Assembly: GCA_964016885.1 (NCBI GenBank)
Contig: OZ024765.1
Location: forward strand, 8,990,001-9,054,000
Length of the DNA: 64,000 nucleotides
Reading direction: 5' to 3'
From: Eledone cirrhosa
Taxonomy: Eukaryota
Each line of letters starts with the position of its first letter. The first letter of the stretch is position 1. Below, in pieces: positions 55,078-64,000 of this stretch. The notes below the pieces were generated by a model, which did no database searches, was not told where the DNA came from, and worked only from the letters and a program-made list of their open reading frames with translations. The translations under genes and the position numbers were made by a program.

Positions 55078-55950
55078 AAGTTGGTGTTTGGAACATAACT
55101 TAACAAAGGTTCCTACATAAAATTAGGTTGATGGGAGGTTTTTAGATAAATATAGACATTTAAAAACAGATTTGTATCATAGAACCAGGGGTGTTTGGGA
55201 TGTAACTTAAAGGTTCCTACATAAAATTAGGTTGATGGGAGGTTTTTAGATAAATATAGACATTTAAAAACAGATTTGTATCATAGAACCAGGGGTGTTT
55301 GGGATGTAACTTAAAGGTTCCTACATAAAATTATGATGGAAGGAACGGTTTTAGATAAATATAAACATTTTAAAACAAAGACTTTTGTATGATAGAACCA
55401 GGAGTGGTGTCAGTTGGTGGTGGTGGTGGTGGTGGTGGTGGTGGTGGTGGTGGTAGAATATATAAAACCCTGTTATACATTGATGAGATCTTTGCTATAA
55501 AACTGGAATTTGTGGGTGAGTTACAGACACGCACACACACACACAGAGACACACACACAGAGACAGACAGACATACACAGACACACACATACATAGACAC
55601 ACACACACTGACATAGACAGACACACACACATACATAGACACGCACACACACTGTCATAGACAAACACACACACACATACACATAGACACACAGAGAGAC
55701 ACACAGACACACTCATACAGACACAACCAACCAATAAAATATAATAGACAGACAACACCCCACACAAAAACATACACACACACACACACAGCTTCTAATA
55801 ATAAAATACTAGACAGAGACAACACCCCACATAAACTTTATCCATAAAGCCTCATTTCTTCTCCTCTTCCACCCCAAATTACCTATAATTAAATCATTGT
55901 TCCTTTGCTGCCAAGCTTCCTCTTTCAGTCAATCTGAAAATATTTCTCAT

Positions 55951-57220
55951 TTTAACCCTTTAGCATTTAAACTGGTCATATCCAGCCAGAATTCTCTCAC
56001 CTCTTTCTGTTCAAACTGCTCATATCCAGTCAGAATTCTCTCACCTCTTTCAGTTCAAACTGGTCATATCCAGTCAGAATTCTCTCACCTCTTTCAGTTC
56101 AAACTGGTCATATCCAGCCAGAATTCTCTCACCTCTTTCTGTTCAAACTGCTCATATCCAGTCAGAATTCTCTCACCTCTTTCTGTTCAAACTGCTCATA
56201 TCCAGTCAGAATTCTCTCACCCCTTTCAGTTCAAACTGCTCATATCCAGTCAGAATTCTCTCACCTCTTTCTGTTCAAACTGGTCATATCCAGCCAGAAT
56301 TCTCTCACCTCTTTCTGTTCAAACTGGTCATATCCAGTCAGAATTCTCTCACCTCTTTCTGTTCAAACTGGTCATATCCAGCCAGAATTCTCTCACCTCT
56401 TTCTGTTCAAACTGGTCATATCCAGTCAGAATTCTCTCACCTCTTTCTGTTCAAACTGGTCATATCCAGTCAGAATTCTCTCACCTCTTTCTGTTCAAAC
56501 TGGTCATATCCGGCCAGAATTCTCTCACCTCTTTCTGTTCAAACTGGTCATATCCAGCCAGAATTCTCTCACCTCTTTCTGTTCAAACTGGTCATATCCG
56601 GCCAGAATTCTCTCACCTCTTTCAGTTCAAACTGGTCATATCCGGCCAGAATTCTCTCACCTCTTTCTGTTCAAACTGGTCATATCCAGTCAGAATTCTC
56701 TCACCTCTTTCTGTTCAAACTGCTCATATCCAGTCAGAATTCTCTCACCTCTTTCTGTTCAAACTGGTCATATCCAGCCAGAATTCTCTCACCTCTTTCT
56801 GTTCAAACCAGCCATATCCAGCCAGAATTCTTTCACCTCTTTCTGTTCAAACTGGTCATATCCAGCCAGAATTCTCTCACCTCTTTCTGTTCAAACTGCT
56901 CATATCCAGTCAGAATTCTCTCACCTCTTTCTGTTCAAACTGGTCATATCCAGTCAGAATTCTTTCACCTCTTTCTGTTCAAACTGGTCATATCCAGCCA
57001 GAATTCTTTCACCTCTTTCTGTTCAAACTGGTCATATCCAGCCAGAATTCTTTCACCTCTTTCTGTTCAAACTGGTCATATCCAGTCAGAATTCTCTCAC
57101 CTCTTTCTGTTCAAACCAGCCATATCCGGCCAGAATTCTCTCACCTCTTTCTGTTTAAACTGGCCATATCTGGCCAGAATTCTCTTCAAATTGGCCATAT
57201 CCGACCAGAATTCTCTCACA
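55951..57220. repeat. 44-bp minisatellite starting at a TTAACCCTTT element end
   Basis: aaactggtcatatccagtcagaattctctcacctctttctgttc, about 27 copies, preceded by ttaaccctttagcattt. Confidence 0.92.
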
Positions 57221-57385
57221 TATCAAAGTTCTTTCATCACACATGTCACATCTATAAATATATATATATATATTTAGTAATAATAATAAATTTGAAGACT
57301 AAAATCCAAAGAGGGCTCAATAAGGAAAATATATATCAAATATATAAGAACCGTAGAGCAAATATTTATTAAAATAACAGATTAA

Positions 57386-57436
57386 AGTTTAAGCAAAGAA
57401 TCGCTGCTTTCACCCTTAACGGGATCTTCTGAAACT
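57386..57436 (-). ncRNA. Hammerhead-like motif with mutated core
   Basis: agttt-CAGAAGA-tccc-gttaa-gggt-GAAA-gca..tgc-TT-aaact; the core has CAGA instead of CTGA. Confidence 0.5.
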
Positions 57437-58413
57437 AACAAAGTCAATCTGTAAACGCAGAACTGGATATTTCAATAAACGTTGCAACCGGAGGAAGACA
57501 GGAAGACGATACTTTGGTTCGTGGAAACGTTCGCTGGCAAAGAACGGGAAAAAACGAATATAATACGTCATTAATAGGAACGGTGAAAAACAATTACGCG
57601 CAAAGACAGAACCACGTTTTCTGGTATAAAAGAGGTCATAGACTAATGTTCTCTTAGGTGGTGGCAATGAACGAAAAAACGAAGATAATACGTCATATGT
57701 GGAGCGTGAAGAACAAAACCACGCAAAGACAAAACCACGTAAATGGTATAGCAGAAGTCGTAGACTAAAATTCTAACTAGGAGGCCAAATGAATCTCCGC
57801 TACAGAGTTAAGAACAAAGTAAATAAATACAATACAGAAGTAATAGAAATAAATGAATACATACACGCAAACAAATACGTACATACACAAGCATACGCAA
57901 AACCTTATATATATATTTATATATTCAATGAATTTAAATAAATGGAAACTATATTTATAAAACCATATTTATTCTATTATATATATTTCAAGGGTACCAA
58001 AAACTTTAGTACCCTTGAAATATATATAATAGAATAAATATGGTTTTATAAATATAGTTTCCTTTTATTTAATTTCTTTGTATATTATACTCCAGAAAAT
58101 CTGTTGAGTGCTCTGAATCAGTTATAAACATTTATATTTGTTGAATTACCATACCAACCAATTGAATATCCCTTCTGCTTAGATATTTATATATATATAT
58201 ATATAATATTAAGGATACTATTTATAGTTATGTATATACTATAAACAGGAAAGGTCAGTCATTTATTACTACCTTATTCCCAGTAAGATAAATAGCTCAA
58301 TGTAATAACATCAGTTGTTCTACAGTGCACTTATATAGAATTCACAAGAATCAATTGTAAGTGAATAAATGCTTTGAACATAGCTTTGATTCTTGTGAAT
58401 TCTATATATATAT

Positions 58414-58753
58414 ATCATCATCATTTCATTTTACGTCCACTTTTTCCCTGCTTGCAAGGGTGGGACGGGAACTGATTCTGGCTTGATTTCTACAGCTGGA
58501 TGCCCTTCCTAACACCAACCTCATTTACAGTGAGTGCTGGGTGCTTTTTTGCCGTGGCACCTCCACGACCACTTTGCAGTGGAGTGATAGGGACCCCCGT
58601 CCCTATCATCTCATTTCTACAGCTGAGTAAACTGGAACAATGTGAAATAAAGTGTCTTGCTCAAGGAAACAACACATCACCCGGTCTGAGAATTGAACTC
58701 ACAACCTTTCGATTGCAAGGCCAATGCTCTAACCATTAAGCCATGTGCCTCCA
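58414..58753 (-). mobile_element. SINE family C, full length
   Basis: Near-identical to 54228-54589. Confidence 0.9.
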
Positions 58754-58821
58754 TATATATATAGTCTTTCAAAGTTCTTTTATCACACACGTGACATCTA
58801 TGTGTTGTTTATTTTATCCAG

Positions 58822-58898
58822 GTGATAAACCCAAAAAGAACCAGTGGCTTGGTGTGACACTATTGTCAGAGAAGAAAAAAGCTAGGGCCAGTGTCATT
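58822..58898 (+). CDS. Integrin alpha subunit (alpha-4/alpha-9-like), internal coding exon (probable exon 3)
   Basis: Acceptor ttttatccag|GT, donor ATT|gtaagt; 77 nt, phase 1 to phase 0, in frame with the previous exon. Encodes GDKPKKNQWLGVTLLSEKKKARASVI, similar to the DNQWLGVTL...SIV segment of integrin alpha-4/9. Confidence 0.88.
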
Positions 58899-58944
58899 GT
58901 AAGTAATTTCACTTTCACCCTTCAGCATTTACATTATTCTATAG

Positions 58945-59071
58945 CAGGGGTTCCCAATATGGGTTTTGCAAAGGAGTGTCTGGGGTTATAACACTATTAG
59001 ACTTTGGGGTAACCCCAAAGTTTCTGAAGTGAAAATGGTTCCACATTTGAAAAAAAGTTTAGGAAACCCTG
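58945..59071. mobile_element. hAT-like MITE (127 bp)
   Basis: Imperfect TIRs CAGGGGTTCCCAA / TTAGGAAACCCTG; 8-bp TSD-like flanks ttctatag / ctctatat. Confidence 0.7.
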
Positions 59072-59850
59072 CTCTATATTTACTGTTGTATTTTCACAGT
59101 AAAGACTTTACCTCACATAATACCTCACATAACATTTACATTACTCTATATTTACTGTTGTATTTTCACAGTAAAGGCTTTACCTCACATAATATCTCAC
59201 ATAACATTTACATTACTCTATATTTACTGTTGTATTTTCACAGTAAAGGCTTTACCTCACATAATATCTCACATAACATTTACATTACTCTATATTTACT
59301 GTTGTATTTTCACAGTAAAGGCTTTACCTCACATAATATCTCACATAACATTTACATTACTCTATATTTACTGTTGTATTTTCACAGTAAAGGCTTTACC
59401 TCACATAATATCTCACATAACATTTACATTACTCTATATTTACTGTTGTATTTTCACAGTAAAGGCTTTACCTCACATAATATCTCACATAACATTTACA
59501 TTACTCTATATTTACTGTTGTATTTTCACAGTAAAGGCTTTACCTCACATAATATCTCACATAACATTTACATTACTCTATATTTACTGTTGTATTTTCA
59601 CAGTAAAGGCTTTACCTCACATAATATCTCACATAACATTTACATTACTCTATATATACTATTGTATTTTCACAGTAATGGCTTTACCTCACATAATATC
59701 TCACATAACATTTACATTACTCTATATATACTGTTGTATTTTCACAGTAAAGGCTTTACCTCACATAATATCTCACATAACATTTACATTACTCTATATT
59801 TACTGTTGTATTTTCACAGTAAAGGCTTTACCTCACATAATATCTCACAT
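59072..59850. repeat. 72-bp minisatellite
   Basis: About 11 copies of ctctatatttactgttgtattttcacagtaaaggctttacctcacataatatctcacataacatttacatta. Confidence 0.95.
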
Positions 59851-59982
59851 GGTCGATGTCTTTATACTACAGGCTTTCCTTAGACTAATTATAAGGGAAC
59901 TCATCCTGTGTATGGGTGTATGTATATGTCTATATCTGTGTGTTTGTATATATATACATATACGTATATATATATATATATA

Positions 59983-60290
59983 TCATCATCATCATCATTT
60001 TACGTCCGCTTTTCCCTGCTTGCAGGAACTGATTCTGGCTTGATTTCTACAGCTGGATGCCCTTCCTAACACCAACCTCATTTACAGTGAGTGCTGGATG
60101 CTTTTTTTGCCGTGGCACCTCCACGACCACTTTGCAGTGGAATGATATGGACCCCAGTCCCTATCATCTCATTTCTACAATGTGAAATAAAGTGTCTTGC
60201 TCAAGGAAACAACACATCACCCGGTCTGAGAATTGAACTCACAACCTTTCGATTGCAAGCCCAATGCTCTAACCACCAAGCCATGTGCCC
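59983..60290 (-). mobile_element. SINE family C with internal deletions
   Basis: Matches 54228-54589. Confidence 0.87.
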
Positions 60291-60326
60291 CTATATATAT
60301 ATATATATATATTATATATATTTTAA

Positions 60327-60527
60327 GAACGATCGACTTTCGTCAAATTGGACCATTGTTTCGTTGGTCTTTCCAATTGCTAATACTATCTATCGGTCGC
60401 AACTCCAGGTAGAAGGAGCAACGTGAAATAAAGTGTCTTGCTCAAGGACATAACGCATCGCCTGGTCCAGGAATCGAACTCACAACCTCATGATTGCGAA
60501 TGCAATTCTCTAATCCACTCAGCCACT
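60327..60527 (-). mobile_element. tRNA-derived SINE (family of 7406)
   Basis: Reverse-complement similarity including A and B boxes. Confidence 0.83.
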
Positions 60528-60693
60528 CGTTATATATATATTATATTATATATATATATTATATTATATATATTATATTATATTATATATATTATATTAT
60601 ATTATATATATTATATTATATATATATATATATATTATATCTATATATATATTGTATATATATTATATATATATATTAGTTTTAATATAGATG

Positions 60694-60744
60694 AGATTCT
60701 ACAGGACTAGAACTGTTTCATTCTTTAGAAATCATCAGGGATCT
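60694..60744 (-). ncRNA. Type I hammerhead motif (copy of 36657)
   Basis: Same core and stems, one stem I mismatch. Confidence 0.65.
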
Positions 60745-60789
60745 GACTTTACAAAAATAAATGTAGTGGTATTTATATATTTTCAGGTG

Positions 60790-61604
60790 GTAGGAGAGGG
60801 TGGGGAGTGGGATGGGTGAGGAAGCACTTCCCATCGAAATTCTCGAAGAACTTCTTTTGTAACCCGCGCAGAATGCGCGGGTGCATTGTCATGGTCAAAC
60901 AAGATCCCACCATGAAGTTTCCCTTTTCGTTTCTTGACTAATGCCTCTTTCAGCTTCCTTAAAACATTTGCATAGTAAGCTCCTGTCACAGTTCTTTGAC
61001 CTTCAAGATAATCTATTAGTATCACCCCCATCTGAATCCCAGAAAATGGTGGCCATCACTTTTAGATCCGACTTTTGAGATTTGAACTTGATTGGCCCCG
61101 ATGATCCACGTGGAAGCCACTGTTTTGACTGCTGTTTGGATTCAGGATCATACTGATAGATCCAGGTTTCATCTCCGGTGATGATTCTGGTCAGGAAATG
61201 CTCTTCATCAACTTCAATTTTGTTTAATATCGCCAAAGACAGATCACTTCGAAGAATCAGCTGATCTGGGCGCTACGGTTTTGGGACCCATTGCGCTGAA
61301 AGCTTGCTTAGTCCCAAATTATTGTGCAGAATTGAATTTGCCGAACCATATGAAATGTCTAGGGACTTAGCTAACTGATTAACTGTTATTCTTCGATCTT
61401 CTTCAATTAAAGTCTGAGCAGCCTCAACATTTTGGTCATTTTTTGATGTTCCTAGTCTTCCACTGCGATGGTCGTCTTCAAGGTCGTCTCTCCCTTGTTT
61501 GAATCGCTGAATCCACTTGTAGACAGCAGTTATCTTTGGAGCAGTAGTACTGTAAACTTTAACTAAAGCCTCCATAATCTGTGTCCCTTTCCATTTAAGT
61601 TTCA
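60790..61604 (-). mobile_element. Mariner transposase pseudogene fragment
   Basis: VYKWIQRFKQGRDDLEDDHRSGR, LSAQWVPK, IITGDETWIYQYDPESKQQS, DHDNAPAH. Contains stops and frameshifts and is truncated before the third catalytic Asp. Confidence 0.93.
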
Positions 61605-61969
61605 CCTGAATTAATCTACCCTCCAGCTTTTATCTATATACTACTTACAGACCCTACTAACGAAGCTAAACACTTCAGAAGCAATGTTATGTGGTATATT
61701 GCTGTGTTTCAGATGAGGTCCTTTGGAGCTGAAAAAGATCATACTGACTATGGTTATTTCACATTTAAAATCCAAGGCCAATGCTACCATTTAATCGGCA
61801 GTTTACTGCCCCAGCCTTATAAGGAAGTGTTATGATTGATTTGTTTATGAATCTCTCAGACAAACATTAGTCTCACCTCATACCAGTCAACACATCCAAT
61901 ACAGTCGTTTTCGCTTTTAACCCTCTTCTATTAACTGTTCTCCTCGGCAAAGCTGGGTACCTCAGCTAG
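61605..61969 (+). mobile_element. Helitron remnant: RepHel N-terminal coding piece plus 3' terminus
   Basis: 61605-61835 encodes PELIYPPAFIYILLTDPTNEAKHFRSNVMWYIAVFQMRSFGA...TFKIQGQCYHLIGSLLP (Helitron RepHel motif; not in the ORF track). Hairpin ctcggcaaagctggg is followed by CTAG|T at 61966-61969. Confidence 0.85.
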
Positions 61970-61980
61970 TATATATATAA

Positions 61981-64000
61981 TCATCATCATCATCATCATT
62001 ATTACAATTTAACGTCCATCTTCCACGCTAGCATGGGTTAGACGGTTTTGTTCCATTTGATGCGGGAATGGTCGGGAGACTGTGTCTCACTTGCACGGAA
62101 GTGTCTCTGGCACAGAAGTGTCTCTGTCTACAGCTGGATGCCCTTCCTAACACCAACCACATTTACAGTGTGGACTGGGAGCCTTTTTACTGTGTCTCCT
62201 ACACGACCACTTTACAGTGTGGACTGGGAGCCTTTTTACTGTGTCTCCTACACAACCACTTTACAGTGTGGACTGGGAGCCTTTTTACTGTGTCTCCTAC
62301 ACAACCACTTTACAGTGTGGACTGGGAGCCTTTTTACTGTGTCTCCTACATGACCACCTTACAGTGTGAACTGGGAGCCTTTTTACTGTGTCTCCTACAT
62401 GACCACCTTACAGTGTGGACTGGGAGCCTTTTTACTGTGTCTCCTACATGACCACCTTACAGTGTGAACTGGGAGCCTTTTTACTGTGTCTCCTACATGA
62501 CCACCTTACAGTGTGGACTGGGAGCCTTTTTACTGTGTCTCCTACACGACCACTTTACAGTGTGGACTGGGAGCCTTTTTACTGTGTCTCCTACACAACC
62601 ACTTTACAGTGTGGACTGGGAGCCTTTTTACTGTGTCTCCTACATGACCACCTTACAGTGTGGACTGGGAGCCTTTTTACTGTGTCTCCTACACGACCAC
62701 TTTACAGTGTGGACTGGGAGCCTTTTTACTGTGTCTCCTACATGACCACCTTACAGTGTGAACTGGGAGCCTTTTTACTGTGTCTCCTACATGACTACTT
62801 TACAGTGTGGACTGGGAGCCTTTTTACTGTGTCTCCTACACGACCACCTTACAGTGTGGACTGGGAGCCTTTTTACTGTGTCTCCTACATGACTACTTTA
62901 CAGTGTGGACTGGGAGCCTTTTTACTGTGTCTCCTACATGACCACCTTACAGTGTGAACTGGGAGCCTTTTTACTGTGTCTCCTACATGACCACTTTACA
63001 GTGTGGACTGGGAGCCTTTTTACTGTGTCTCCTACATGACTACTTTACAGTGTGGACTGGGAGCCTTTTTACTGTGTCTCCTACATGACCACCTTACAGT
63101 GTGAACTGGGAGCCTTTTTACTGTGTCTCCTACACGACCACCTTACAGTGTGGACTGGGAGCCTTTTTACTGTGTCTCCTACATGACTACTTTACAGTGT
63201 GGACTGGGAGCCTTTTTACTGTGTCTCCTACATGACTACTTTACAGTGTGGACTGGGAGCCTTTTTACTGTGTCTCCTACATGACCACCTTACAGTGTGA
63301 ACTGGGAGCCTTTTTACTGTGTCTCCTACATGACCACTTTACAGTGTGGACTGGGAGCCTTTTTACTGTGTCTCCTACACAACCACATTTACAGTGTGGA
63401 CTGGGAGCCTTTTTACTGTGTCTCCTACACAACCACTTTACAGTGTGAACTGGGAGCCTTTTTACTGTGTCTCCTACACAACCACCTTACAGTGTGGACT
63501 GGGAGCCTTTTTACTGTGTCTCCTACATGACCACTTTACAGTGTGGACTGGGAGCCTTTTTACTGTGTCTCCTACACAACCACCTTACAGTGTGGACTGG
63601 GAGCCTTTTTACTGTGTCTCCTACACAACCACTTTACAGTGTGGACTGGGAGCCTTTTTACTGTGTCTCCTACACAACCACCTTACAGTGTGGACTGGGA
63701 GCCTTTTTACTGTGTCTCCTACACAACCACCTTACAGTGTGGACTGGGAGCCTTTTTACTGTGTCTCCTACATGACCACTTTACAGTGTGGACTGGGAGC
63801 CTTTTTACTGTGTCTCCTACACAACCACCTTACAGTGTGGACTGGGAGCCTTTTTACCGTGTCTCCTACATGACCACTTTACAGTGTGGACTGGGAGCCT
63901 TTTTACTGTGTCTCCTACATGACCACCTTACAGTGTGGACTGGGAGCCTTTTTATTGTGTCTCCTACAACACCACTTTACAGTGTGGACTGGGAGCCTTT
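61981..64000 (-). repeat. SINE/RTE tail followed by a 49-bp SINE-derived array running off the window end
   Basis: ttacagtgtggactgggagcctttttactgtgtctcctacacgaccact, about 37 copies from 62163. Confidence 0.95.

Noticed and set aside
55457-55515. Possible extra integrin exon ending G|gtgagt
   Set aside because: 59 nt would break the frame, and there is no polypyrimidine tract.
55897-59883. 491-aa and 305-aa repetitive ORFs
   Set aside because: Stop-free 44-bp and 72-bp minisatellites lying in integrin introns.
61708-61740. Hammerhead-like CAGATGA...GAAA
   Set aside because: Explained as Helitron RepHel codons (FQMRSFGAEK); no stems I or III.

Overview
AT-rich, repeat-saturated animal genomic DNA. 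The repeat repertoire resembles an octopus or other coleoid cephalopod (inference from memory, not a database match). Almost every ORF in the supplied track is a microsatellite or transposon artefact. The only convincing host coding sequence is two phase-compatible exons of an integrin alpha subunit (alpha-4/9-like N-terminal beta-propeller) on the + strand, at 50870-50988 and 58822-58898. Exon 1 was not found, so much of the window may be intron 1. The rest comprises fragments of RTE, CR1 and CRE non-LTR retrotransposons, several SINE families (one sharing its 3' tail with an RTE), two mariner fragments, two Helitron pieces, a hAT-like MITE, and many micro- and minisatellites. Four patterns stand out. 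(1) About 13 type I hammerhead ribozyme motifs from several diverged Penelope-like mini-element families sit mostly in (TA)n tracts, often in inverted arrangement, and share a second conserved downstream motif. (2) Internal segments of LINEs and SINEs have repeatedly been amplified into young tandem arrays. (3) An old array of ~65-nt hairpins lies at 6045-6430. (4) A compact M-box/E-box triplet adjoins an AP-1-site-bearing repeat at 38.9-39.7 kb. Repeat boundaries and copy numbers are approximate, read by eye.
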